Part shown: in pieces, positions 1-11,409 of the stretch
How positions within the stretch are numbered: the first letter of the stretch is position 1
Layout: every line of letters begins with the position of its first letter
DNA from: Mobula hypostoma
Taxonomy: Eukaryota
Assembly (NCBI RefSeq): GCF_963921235.1
Contig: NC_086097.1
Location: 66,900,001 to 66,964,000 of the forward strand
Length of the DNA: 64,000 bases
Direction: 5' to 3'
Made by a program: the position numbers and the translations under genes
Notes under the pieces: model-generated
Seen by the model: only the letters and a program-made list of their open reading frames with translations
Database searches by the model: none
What the model was told of the DNA's origin: nothing

Positions 1-2285
1 ATTTGACAGGGGGATGGGAAACTGAGTGAGAGAGCTGAGAATGGGGTAGTTGGTTTACAAGCAGCGGCAGTGTGTAGTGAGACTGTCAGGAAGGACAGGC
101 AGATGATAAGGCAAAATTGGAAGTCAGTGGGACAAGATGCAGTGTAACAAGGGTAAAATTGAAAAGGGTGAAGAATACGGGACTGAAGGTATTATATTTG
201 AATGCACACAGTATATGGAATAAGGTAGATGATCTTGTAATGCAATTCGAGATTGACAAGACTGAAGTTGTGGGCATCACGGAACTGTGGCTGAAAGAAG
301 CTTATAGTTGGGAGCTTAACATCCAATGAAATACTATGTTGGAAAGTGTATGGTGCAAGAAATAAACGGGCAGATTATTACTTAGATGGGGAGAGAATTC
401 AAAATGCAGAGATGCAAAGGGACTTGGGAGTCCTTGCGCACGATACCCTAAAGGTTAACCTCCAGGTTGAGTCTGTGGTGCAGAAGGTGAATGCAATGTT
501 GGCATTCATTTCTAGAGGTATATAATACAAGAGCAGGGATGTGATGTTGGGGCCCTATAAGGCACTCATGAGACCACACTTAAAAGTATTGTGTGCAGTT
601 TTGGGCTCCTTATTTTAGACATTGGAGAGGGTTCAGAGAAGATACACAAGAATGATTCCTGGAATGAAAAGGTTACTATATGAGGAACATCTGGCAGCGC
701 TTGGGCTGTATTCCCTGGAGTTCAGGAGAATAAGGGGGAATCTCATAGAAACATTCCAAATGTTAAAATGCCTGAACAGATTAAATATGGCAAAGTTATT
801 TCCCATGGTAGGGGAGCCTAGGACAAGAGGGCACAACTTCAGGATTGAAGGACTTCCATTTAGAACAGAGTTGCGGAGAAATTACTTCAGTCAGAGGGTG
901 GTAAATCTGTGGAATTTGTTGCCACGAGCAGCTGTGGAGGCCAAGTCATTGGGTGCATTTAAGGCAGAGATAGATAGGTTCTTGATTAGACAGGGCATCA
1001 GATGATATGGGCAGAAGGCAGGGGAGTGGGGATGACTGAAAGAATTGGATCAGCCCATGACTGAATGGCGGAGCAGACTCGATGGGCCAAATGGCCAACT
1101 TCTGCTCCTATATCTTATGGTCTTATGGATACACACAGTTTTGAAAGGACAGGCAGGTAGGAAGAGGGGCTAGCGTGGCTCTTCAGGTACAAAATGAAAT
1201 CAAATCCTTAGAAAGAGGTGACATAGGATTGGAAGATATGGAATCTTTGTGGGGAGAGTTAAGGAACTGCAAGGGCATAAACACCCTGATGGGAGTTATA
1301 TACAGGCCTCCGAACAGTAGCCAGGATGTGGGCTAGAAATTACAATAGGGATTTCAATATGCACATAGATTGGGAAAATCAGGTTAGTGCTGAATTTGGA
1401 CCCCAAGTGAGAGAATTTGTAGAATGCATGCAAGATGGCTTTTTAGAGCAGCTTGTGGGTGAACCCACTAGAGGATCAGCTGTTCTGGATTGGGTGTTTG
1501 TAATGAACCAGATTTGGTGAGGGAGCTTAAGGTAAAGGAACCTTTCGGAGACAGTGATCATAGTATGTTAGAATTCACCCTGCAATTTGAGAAGGAGAAG
1601 TTAAAGTCAATTGTATCAGTACTACAGTGGAGTAAAGGGAATTAAAGAGGCATGAGAGAGGAACTGGCCAAAGTTGACTGGAAGGGAACAGGGTTGAAGG
1701 CAGAGCAGCAATGGCTGGAGTTTATCCCAAGGTAGTAGTAGTATTCTAAAGGCAGGATGATGCAACCATGGCTGTCAAAGAAAGTCAAATCCAACATAAA
1801 AGCAAAAGAGAGGGCATATAACAGAGAAAAAAAAATTAGTGGGAAGCTTTTAAAAACCAACAGAAGGCAACTAAAAAAAATTAAGGAAGGAAAAGATTAA
1901 ATATGAAGGTAAGCTAGTAAATAATATCAAAGCAGATACCAAACTTTTTTTTGAGATGTATAAAGAGTAAAAGATAGGCAAGTGTATATATCGAATGACT
2001 GGAAAATGATGCTGGAGAGAAAATAATGGGGGAACAAGGAGGAACTGAATAAGTATTTTCCTTCAGTGGAAGACACTAGCAGTATCTTGGCGGTTCGAGA
2101 GTGTCAGATAGCAGAAGTGAGTGTATTTGCTATTACTAGGGAGAAGGTGCTTGGGAAGCTGAAAGATCTGAAGATCTGAGAGGTAGCTGAAGGGATTGTG
2201 GAGGCATTAATAATGATCCTTCAAGAATCAGCAGATTCTGTCATGGTTGCAGAGTACTGGAAAATTGCAATTGTCACTCCACTTC
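1..2285 (+). mobile_element. Degraded CR1 LINE (ORF2 endonuclease region onward), interrupted at ~327-1125 by another CR1
   Basis: ORF 117..329 TGLKVLYLNAHSIWNKVDDL...VVGITELWLKE is an APE endonuclease start; homology resumes at ~1126 (ggatacaca...); many stops and deletions. Confidence 0.85.
327..1125 (+). mobile_element. 5'-truncated CR1 LINE 3' end nested in the older CR1
   Basis: ORF 622..1005 (ERVQRRYTRMIPGM...FSQRVVNLWNLLP) is the CR1 ORF2 C-terminus; ends in an octamer tail tcttatggtcttatgg. Confidence 0.9.
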
Positions 2286-2317
2286 CCAGTAAGAAACAAT
2301 GTGTACAACAACCCTAC

Positions 2318-2450
2318 TTCCAAAGGAAGTTGTTCAGCAAAATTATCCATTTGCTGAAGGCAATAATCAACCATAGAACTGTGATCATTAACATCACTGC
2401 CTCGTTAAATTCTACATGCCTGATTCTTTCCAAGGTGAAAATGACGATAT
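2318..2450 (-). other. Candidate exon of the downstream minus-strand gene, possibly the first coding exon (MVDYCLQQMDNFAEQLPLE from ATG 2374)
   Basis: Non-repeat island bounded by tatag| and GAA|gtaggg; weak splice sites; identity not recognisable from the peptide. Confidence 0.3.
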
Positions 2451-2937
2451 CTATATATCACAAGTTATTTCTAATAATGAACATGGGATGACACCTATTC
2501 AAAAGTTAACTACATTTCATATTCTTTTGTCAGAGATCCATAGATGGTGATACGTTAGGATTTTGCTGTGACTGCAGTCTTTCCCATGAGCTAAGTGCAG
2601 TTGACTGCAACTCAGAAAGGTCCTTTGTAAACAACAACCACTCTTAAGTTATTTTTTGAAATCTGTTTGAAGCATAGATTGCTATGAAAGCCCACATGCC
2701 ATTTTGCACCTTGTAGTGCATGATGAGAACAGTTTAAACTTGCTTAAATTAAGCTGACCTTTCTCAACTGGATTTCCATTGCTGGACACAGCTGATGTCT
2801 GCACTACGTGAGACTATGTAAGTTGCAATAATGGCTATTTACACCAGGGGTCCCCAACCTTTTCTGCACCGCGGACCGGTTTAATATTGACAATATTCTT
2901 GCGGACCAGACGACCTGGGGTGGGGGAGGTGTTCGAG

Positions 2938-4342
2938 TAGGGTTAAATTCACCTCAACATGTCTTTTACAGTTAAGGTTGCCAACTTTCTCACTCCCAAA
3001 TAAGGGACAAAAGTAGCAGTCAAATCCTGGGACAATTCACCTCAGGAAAGACTACCATGACCATGAAGCCTTGCGCGGGCACCTGTGTGCGCATGCGTGA
3101 TGTGCGCATGCACGTACCTGCCGATTTTTTCCCCCACACATCGGTTTTCCCTTCATCTTCCCGACTATACTGTACATACATTATTTCCACTTTATATAGG
3201 CTGTGTATTTATTGTGACGAGAATACACATAAATTAAGATGTTTGCTGGCCTGGGCTAGCATCAGTGGCATCAACAGTTGGTCTGCCACCTGTCCTCAGG
3301 GGAAGGAGAGATAAGGAACAATGAAGCAGCATCTGGAGATGTGTAATGAAGGGACGGGAGAGACAGCTGTCTGGAGCGGCTCCCCCTTTGAACCCTGAAC
3401 TGTTTGAAGTGATGGACAGACGATACCCCAGCAGGGGGATAAAAAGGGACAGGTTCACTAAGGCAGGACACACGACACCCGAGGTAACGAGACCCTGGAA
3501 GTGGTGCGCCTCTCAAGAGTCGGTGGGAAGTACCGGACCTTAAACACACAGGGTGGAAAGGTACGATCAGCGGGAACCCGGTGTGTGTCCACCCTCGCTT
3601 GGGTGCCGGGTTCACTGCAGAGGATCGACCGCATCTGGAGGAGGGGTCACAGTCGGTGACCTCAGGTGACATCACAAAGGACCCGCCTGAAAGCTGCTTA
3701 TGAGCAATATCGTCGGTCTGTGAGTGGAAGCCGTTTTGAATGATCAGTCGTTCCCGTTCTCTCTCTCCACCCCCCCACGTTGTCCATCGTCATGGCAACG
3801 ATTACTGCGCACTGAACTAAATTGGACTGAACTTTGTGTCACTTTGAAATTGGTCATTTACCCCTAGACAACGATAGAGCTTGATTGATGCTGTTATCTT
3901 AATTCTGTGCACATGTGTGTTTATCATTGCTGAACTGTTGCATTTATTATCCTTTCGATTATTGTGTTGCTTGTTTCTTCAATAAAACTTTCTTAGTTCT
4001 AGTAATTCAGGCTCCAACTGAGTGATCCATTTCTGCTGGTTTGGCAACCCAGTTACGGGGTACGTAACATTATCATATCATTCCTGCTTTTACTATATGT
4101 TTGTGTTATTTATTTTCAGTTTTATGTGCTATTTGGTATGATTTGTTAGGTTATTTTTTGGGTCTGGGAACGCACAAAAATTTTTCCCATATAAATTAAT
4201 GGTAATTGCTTCTTCACTTCACGCCATTTCGGCACGAAAGGTTTCATAGGAACGCTCTACCTTAGCAGGGGAAATACGGGACAAACCAATTTAGCCCAAT
4301 ATACGGGATGTCCCGGCAAATACAGGACAGTTGGCAAACCTA
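2938..4342. mobile_element. hAT (Blackjack-like) non-autonomous element nested in the Charlie MITE
   Basis: Termini tagggtt... / ...gttggcaaaccta; 8-bp TSD tgttcgag (2930-2937) / tgttcaag (4343-4350); absent from the empty copy at 30200. Confidence 0.8.
3213..4069 (+). mobile_element. Solo LTR (Gypsy- or ERV-type)
   Basis: TGTGACG...CGTAACA termini; exact 4-bp TSD ttat/ttat; AATAAA at 3981; no internal coding region. Confidence 0.88.
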
Positions 4343-4747
4343 TGTTCAAGTTCAACAGTGCGTGACAGGGAATGAGGAAAGGTGCAGCTGACTCATATCG
4401 TTTCCTCACGGCCCGGTAGCACATGCTTTGGGGACCGCTGATTTGCACTATATGTTGCTTGGTTCTACGAATGCACTATTGTAGCTGTCTACTACCACCA
4501 TACCTGCATGATGTTCCATAGCAGTTTATGCAATACATTCTCATTCTTATTTGATGCTGATTAGAAGCTTCCATGTAGGCCTCCCAACATACTAAAGATT
4601 TCATTACTCATGCTAATCAGTCTTCTTTCATGGCGTCCACAGAGCGGAGCTCAGCAAAGTTATCTGCAGCAACCTGCAATACAACCTCTTCCTTTGGTGA
4701 GATCATACAACTTTCACAAATCTCATTCATGTCCTTCAGAACATGAC

Positions 4748-5600
4748 TTCAAAGTTCAAAGTACATTTATTATCAAAGTACATGTACTATATACAACCTT
4801 GAGATTCATCTCCTTACAGGCAGCCACAAAACAAAGAAACCCAGTAGAGCTCATTAGAAGACAGAAGACTGTCAAAAACCCAATGTGCAGGAAAAGAAAC
4901 AAATTGTGCAATCAACAAAGGCAAGCAAACAACTGAAGTTCACAAAAGTCAGTCCACAGCCGTGAAGCGAATCATCCCTGCAGCTGATCCAGTAACCAGT
5001 TATTTGCAGGCCACAGCCTCAGTTCATTGCAGAGATGAGTAAACCTTTCGGAGCAGTGAGCTGAACCAGTCCATTCCTCACCTCCGACCCCAATACCCTG
5101 ACCCTTTCAAACTGGCTCAGTGCTTAAATCGCCCAAACCTTAGGTTGTGACTCACTCTCAGACACAGACCCAGGCCTTGCCACCTAAATTCAGCCTGGTT
5201 CTTAAATCGATCAAACCTTGAGTCCTTCTTCACTCTCAGGCCCATGCCCCACCACCTCGCCTCACTGCGGTTCTGCCACATTGAATTTCCTCCAAGTCCG
5301 CTCCAGCAACGGCCAAACATTGGCTCATTCCCCACTCCTGGGCCCAGGTCCTGCCACTTTGATTCAGCTCATACATGCTTCACCACACCAGTCCCGCCCC
5401 TTCAACACTTCAGTTTACACTCCAAAAATGCCACGTCGTCAAGGTGGTTCAAAAGATCAACTCTGAAAGGGAAATTGCAGGCTATTGATTGCAGTGATTG
5501 TTTACCAGAAAAACTGCGACTAATAAAGTAGTTAATAGTTTTGTTTGCCACTGACAAGAAGTCGCTGTGCTTAACCAATGCCATCTTAAACCAGATTTCT
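4748..5600 (-). mobile_element. Non-autonomous non-LTR element (Rex1/L2-type 3' tail)
   Basis: Begins ttcaaagttcaaagtacatttattatcaaagtacatg; the same tail motif recurs at ~17915 and ~38760. Confidence 0.55.
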
Positions 5601-5619
5601 GGCACTGATATCCTGGCTA

Positions 5620-6580
5620 TCTGGCTAACTAGTGGGGTACCACAGAGATCAGTGATGGATCTTCAACTATTTTTCATGCACACTTATGATTTGGAATGAA
5701 GGGACCCAGTGCAATGTGGCTAAATTTTCTGAAGATACAAAGACAGGTGGGGTTAGCAAATTGTGAGAAGGATACTAAAAACCTACAAAAGAATACAGAT
5801 AAGTTAAATAAATTGGTGAGAATTTGGCAGATGGAGTAAATAGTGGAAAATGCAAAGTTATTCACTTTGGAAGTAAGAATGAAAGGCAAATTTTGAGACC
5901 TCAGTGTTCTGGGCACCTCAAGCAAGTGCAGCACAAGAAATTAAAAGGCATGAGCACAAATAATTAGGAAAACTAAGGAAATGTTAGCTTTTATTGCAAG
6001 ATTCATAAATTATAAATCTATAGGCAGTTTTGATGAACCTTACACATCAACAGTAATGTATAGCTTTAGTCTCCGTATTTAAAAATTGACAACTAAGCTC
6101 TGAAGGAAGTGAAGATTCTGAAGAGATTAACATACAAAGCAGGGATGAGCAGATTGAATCAACACACACTGGAGTTTAGAAAAAGAAATAATGATCCTAT
6201 ACATCAGATTCTTAAAGGGATTGACAAGGTGGCTACTTGAAGGATGTTTCAACCAGATGGATTATCTGAAACAAGGTGGCATAGTTTCAGAATAAGGATT
6301 TGTTCATTTGAAACCCTTCTCTGAAGCTGACACAAGGAATTCTGCAGATGCTGGAAATTCAAGCAAAACACATCAAAATTGCTGGTGAACGCAGCAGCAA
6401 CTAGAGATGCTGCCTGGCCTGCTGTGTTCACCAGCAACTTTGATGTCTGAAGCTGACACTTGTTTGGAATGTAGTATCCCAGAAAATTATGGAAGTTGAA
6501 TGAAGTATGGGAGTCAGAATCAAAACGGTTTTGAGGCTAATATTAGATCAGCCATGATCTTTTCAAATAGATGAGCAGGT
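5620..6580 (+). mobile_element. Old degraded CR1 3' fragment
   Basis: Remnants of the SGVPQGSV and KFADDTK motifs; CR1-like 3' end gatcagccatgatct. Confidence 0.7.
6334..6445. mobile_element. Mini fold-back Penelope-derived insertion
   Basis: Inverted pLTR-end pieces; 14-bp TSD tctgaagctgacac (6320-6333 / 6446-6459). Confidence 0.85.
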
Positions 6581-7309
6581 TGAAGGGGTGATTGGAGAAC
6601 TCAAGCTGAGAGACCAAAAGCCAGGGGCTTATAGCATACGCTACATTTGAAAGGGATCACCAACTTATTTAATATATTCAAAAATAATTAAAATAAAGCG
6701 AAAATATGTACAGTATGTTAAATAAACTTATTACAGTGATTATTTTAATTTTGATTACTTATGTCTTCACCATCATAGGTACTAAAGGACTGCAAGGATG
6801 ACCTGGGGACTCAGATTCTACCACCTGAAGTCTGCCTGTAATTTATGGGTGAGGATCTCCTGCACGGGTACCACAAAAATCAAGGATGGGAGGCCTGGGT
6901 GTGGTTCAGGCATGATTCTCCCAATAAAGTTTACACACATTCATAACTCAATTTTTGTCTACAAGTTAGAAAATACACAAAAATAATTTGATGTAACCAT
7001 ACTTCCACAGTATTGTAATGAGTGACATCAGAGTCACACAAAGATTGATTAGAAAGAATAACTAAAAGTGGAGAAAAAGATTTAACAATTTCTGCCAATC
7101 GCAGGAACAAGCATATGTGTGTCTGTTTCATCTCTGAATTTAATAATATTGTAGGAGTTTATTCTAACATAGAGGTGTCCATGAATCGGCCATTCATAAT
7201 CCAGTGACAGCTTGAAATGGCAGACAACCGAAGTTTTGTCTCAGTTTCACATAGACTTAGCTCTGTTCTGCAAAAACATGTTTGTTAGTAAATTGAAATT
7301 TCTACTCAC

Positions 7310-7455
7310 CTGAGACTTCAAATGGAAATATCTTATTAAACAACTGTAACCTGTTGGGAATTTCCTTTTCTAAACTTGCTCTGGCCAAGAAGTGTATTAT
7401 TTTTATTCCATGCCGCTTTTGTTGATTCACAGATGAGCATAAGCCAATGTTCATC
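7310..7455 (-). other. Candidate internal 5' exon of the downstream minus-strand gene
   Basis: Strong donor CAG|gtgagt at 7310; weak acceptor tgtag|; non-repetitive sequence. Confidence 0.3.
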
Positions 7456-8459
7456 CTACATTTTATAAGTTTTTATATCAAACATAGCAGTACAAGCCCT
7501 TATTCTTTAGCACATGTTCATTTAGTTGATTGGCAAACATTGTCCTTGAAATGTTTATAATTTGTTTTCACAAGGAAGATACAGCACAAAAACAAGTCGG
7601 TCATTCCAACCCCACTGCGCCACTATTCAACTCCATTCAACCCTTCTGTGATCCTTTCTTATAACCCTAACACTCTTCCACATGGCAGTCTAAGTTGTCT
7701 TTCAATGTGTCTGCATTATCTGCCTCAAGTAGCCTTTGTGGGAGAGTTCAATATTTTCATCATCTGCCAAATCGCCTTTCTTCCAAGAGGAACAATTCAA
7801 ACTTCTTCAGTCTAATCTTGGAGCTGAAGTCCCCCATCCACAGATACATTCAATTGAATCTTTCTGCACCTTCTCTATGATCTTCACTTCCATCCAAAAA
7901 TATGGATACAATACTCCATTTGTGACCCAGACACCAAATTCACCATAACTTCTCTACTTTTCTTCTCTAATGCCTTTCTGAGGTGTGGAATCCTATCTAA
8001 GTAAAAACTGCTTTGTCACTTTCATATATTTTTAAATGAGCATACTAAGTAAATAAACATGTACATTTTTAAAAAATCTTTTAGTCTATACAAGTCCACA
8101 ATCACTTATCCAAAATCCTTGGGGCCAGTAGCATTTTGGAACTCAGAATTTTTCAGATTTCAAAATCCCTCCTTATTGGTTCCGGGACCCCCCTGCAGAT
8201 ACCAAAAAACACACATGCTCAAGTCACTTATTTAACCTGTCTCAGTACGGGTGGACTGTAGGACCCAGCGAGCTCCGGACATATGCACATCCTCCTGTAT
8301 ACTTTAAATCATCTCTAGATTACTTGTAATACCTAATACAAAGTAAATACTATGTAAATACAAACAACAGGAATTCTGCAGATGCTGGAAATTCAAGCAA
8401 CATACATCAAAGTTGCTGGTGAACGCAGCAGGCCAGGCAGCATCTATAGGAAGAGGCGC

Positions 8460-8495
8460 AGTCGACGTTTCAGGCCGAGACCCTTCGTCAGGACT
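8460..8495 (-). ncRNA. Minimal hammerhead ribozyme motif in Penelope pLTR
   Basis: Minus strand reads agtc-CTGACGA-agggtctcggcct-GAAAC-GTC-gact: intact core, stem I agtc/gact, helix III essentially absent. Confidence 0.75.
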
Positions 8496-10154
8496 AACTG
8501 AAGGAAGAGTGAGTAAGGGATTTGAAAGCTGGAGGGGGAGGGGGAGATGCAAAATGATAGGAGAAGACAGGAGGGGGAGGGATGGAGCCGAGAGCTGGAC
8601 AGGTGATAGGCAGAAGGGGATACGAGAGGATCATGGGACAGGAGGTCCGGGAAGAAAGACGGGGGGGGGGTGACCCAGAGGATGGGCAAGAGGTATATTC
8701 AGAGGGACAGAGGGAGAAAAAGGAGAGTGAGAGAAAGAATGTGTGCATTAAAAAGAGTAACAGATGGGGTACGAGGGGGAGGTGGGGCCTAGCGGAAGTT
8801 AGAGAAGTCAATGTTCATGCCATCAGGTTGGAGGCTACCCATACGGAATATAAGGTGTTGTTCCTCCAACCTGAGTGTGGCTTCATCTTTACAGTAGAGG
8901 AGGCCGTGGATAGACATGTCTATCTTTCTGTCTCTGTCTCTGGAGACAGCTTATCCACTGATGTCTACTATAAGCCTACTGACTCTCACAACTATCTGGA
9001 CTATTCCTCTTCTCACCCTGTCTCTTGCAAAAATGCCATCCCCTTCTCGCAATTCCTCCGTCTCCGCCGCATCTGCTCTCAGGATGAGGCTTTTCATTCT
9101 AGGACGAGGGAGATGTCTTCATTTTTTAAAGAAAGGGGCTTCCCTTCCTCCACTATCAACTCTGCTCTTAAACGCATCTCCCCCATTTCACGTACATCTG
9201 CTCTCACTCCATCCTCCCACCACCCCACTAGGAATAGGGTTCCCCTGGTCCTCACCTACCACCCCACCAGCCTCCGGGTCCAACATATTATTCTCCGTAA
9301 CTTCCGCCACCTCCAATGGGATCCCACCACTAAGCATATCTTTCCCTCCCCCCCCTCTGCATTCCGCAGGGATCGCTCCCTACACAACTCCCTTGTCCAT
9401 TCGTCCCCCCCATCCCTCCCCACTGATCTCCCTCCTGGCACTTATCCGTGTAAGCGGAACAAGTGCTACACATGCCCTTACACTTCCTCCCTTACCACCA
9501 TTCAGGGCCCCAAACAGTCCTCCCAGGTGAGGCATCACTTCACCTGTGAGTCGACTGGGGTGATATACTGCGTCCGGTGCTCCCGATGTGGCCTTTTATA
9601 TATTGGTGAGACCCAACACAGACTGGGAGACCGCTTTGCTGAACATCTACGCTCTGTCCGCCAGAGAAAGCAGGATCTCCCAGTGGCCACACATTTTAAT
9701 TCCACATCCCATTCCCATTCTGACATGTCTATCCACGGCCTCCTCTACTGTAAAGATGAAGCCACACTCAGGTTGGAGGAACAACACCTTATATTCCGTA
9801 TGGGTAGCCTCCAACCTGATGGCATGAACATTGACTTCTCTAACTTCCGCTAGGCCCCACCTCCCCCTCGTACCCCATCTGTTACTCTTTTTAATGCACA
9901 CATTCTTTCTCTCACTCTCCTTTTTCTCCCTCTGTCCCTCTGAATATACCTCTTGCCCATCCTCTGGGTCCCCCCCACCCCCACTCCTTGTCTTTCTTCC
10001 CGGACCTCCTGTCCCATGATCCTCTCGTATCCCCTTTTGCCTGTCACCTGTCCAGCTCTCGGCTCCATCCCTCCCCCTCCTGTCTTCTCCTATCATTTTG
10101 CATCTCCCCCTCCCCCTCCAGCTTTCAAATCCCTTACTCACTCTTCCTTCAGTT

Positions 10155-10190
10155 AGTCCTGACGAAGGGTCTCGGCCTGAAACATCGACT
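10155..10190 (+). ncRNA. Minimal hammerhead ribozyme motif (one core substitution)
   Basis: agtc-CTGACGA-agggtctcggcct-GAAAC-ATC-gact; GTC>ATC change, consistent with CpG decay. Confidence 0.6.
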
Positions 10191-11409
10191 GCGCCTCTTC
10201 CTATAGATGCTGCCTGGCCTGCTGCGTTCACCAGCAACTTTGATGTATGTTACTATGTAAATAGTTGTTATACTGTATTGTTTAGGGAATAATGACAAGA
10301 AAAAAACATTCAATAAAACATAAAACTATATAGCTTCAAACGAACCGAATCAAACACATGGTAAAATGACTTATTGGAATAAATGCAGAATGTCACTGTC
10401 ACTATAAAACTTGAGCAACTTGTCTTTCTGTTTCTTTAAATCATATACAGTGGTAGTTCCGACGCCATATTCTTCAGTAAAACACCGCACAGACACACCA
10501 CGATCAAGTTTCTGCAATAACTCCACTTTCTGCATTATTGATAATGATAACTGCTTCCTTCCCTTTTTCTCATTGTTACCTATAGGGGTATCTGCAGCTC
10601 TTTTTGACATTTTCACAGTGAAATTAAACACAAAGTCAACAGTGAACACAAAATATCAGCGACCAGCAAATACATGTGTAACTGACGTCCGGCGGCCGCT
10701 GCTAGTGCTGCCACATCACACCTGAGTGCTGGCAGCTGCTGGCGAAAAAAAACTTCGGTTTTTGGAGCTTTCGGGATTTCAGAATTTCAGATAAGGGATT
10801 GTGGACCTGTATTATCTTTTTTCCTTATCTGCCAAAATGTATCAATCCTCACTTCCCTGCATTAATGGGAATCTTGATATAATCTCAATGAATGGAATGA
10901 TCTATCTAAACGACATACAAACAAAAGCTTTTCACTGTAACAATAAACCAATAAACAATAAACCAGTTCCAGATGCATTCCTATCCTCCTTAATGTTTTC
11001 AACATAATAGAAATCCTGCCCTTATCTACTTCCAAGCTATCAACATAAAGTAAAAAGCAGTATTCCCAGCACAGATCCCACTACCCAAACTAAAGCCAAA
11101 TTTAGCTTTGTTTACCAGTCTGACCTATGGTCCAACACCTGCGTCTGGATCAGAAGTTTCCACCCTCTGACCCCTGCCACTAACCGAGGGGACCAAGGAC
11201 CCCAGGCTGGCAACCCTGATTTAAATTCTTTTGCTTCGGAATTCAGGGTATTTTGATTTTAAACTAAGTTAACTTTCACAATTAACTGTAGTCAAATTTA
11301 TTTACAAATTATACATCTGTTGTCCACATTACTAAAAAAATCCACATTTTCTATCCCTCCTAATTTCACAAGGTCTGCAAATAAAGAAATAAATGCAAGG
11401 TATCCATAG

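Larger units (their letters stand above)
2845..4440. mobile_element. hAT-Charlie-type non-autonomous element (MITE) carrying nested insertions
   Basis: TIRs caggggtccccaa / ttggggaccgctg; 8-bp TSD atttacac / atttgcac; same ends as the copy at 30200 and the transposase element at 39751. Confidence 0.9.
8361..10250 (+). mobile_element. Penelope-like retroelement, 5'-truncated, with an inverted pLTR (fold-back structure)
   Basis: RT C-terminus (DVYYKPTDSHNYLDYSSSHP) plus GIY-YIG endonuclease (GVIYCVRCSRCGLLYIGETQHRLGDRFAEHL); 8390-8920 is the reverse complement of 9722-10250; 13-bp TSD tactatgtaaata. Confidence 0.95.
8091..10809 (-). mobile_element. Tigger/pogo DNA transposon deletion derivative hosting a MER2-like segment and a Penelope insertion
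   Basis: TIRs caagtccacaatcacttatc / gataagggattgtggacctg with TA on both sides; ORF 10371..10649 (RKQLSLSIMQKVELLQKLDRGVSVRCFTEEYGVGTTTVYDLKKQKDKL) is a CENP-B/psq-type HTH. Confidence 0.88.

Noticed and set aside
4590..4745. Minus-strand peptide DMNEICESCMISPKEEVVLQVAADNFAELRSVDAMKED as a host exon
   Set aside because: Short, ends in a stop, cut by a repeat; more likely an old transposon remnant; cannot be assigned
8582..8920. N-terminal part of the 423-aa ORF as a novel protein domain
   Set aside because: It is the antisense reading of the element's own 3' end, created by the inversion
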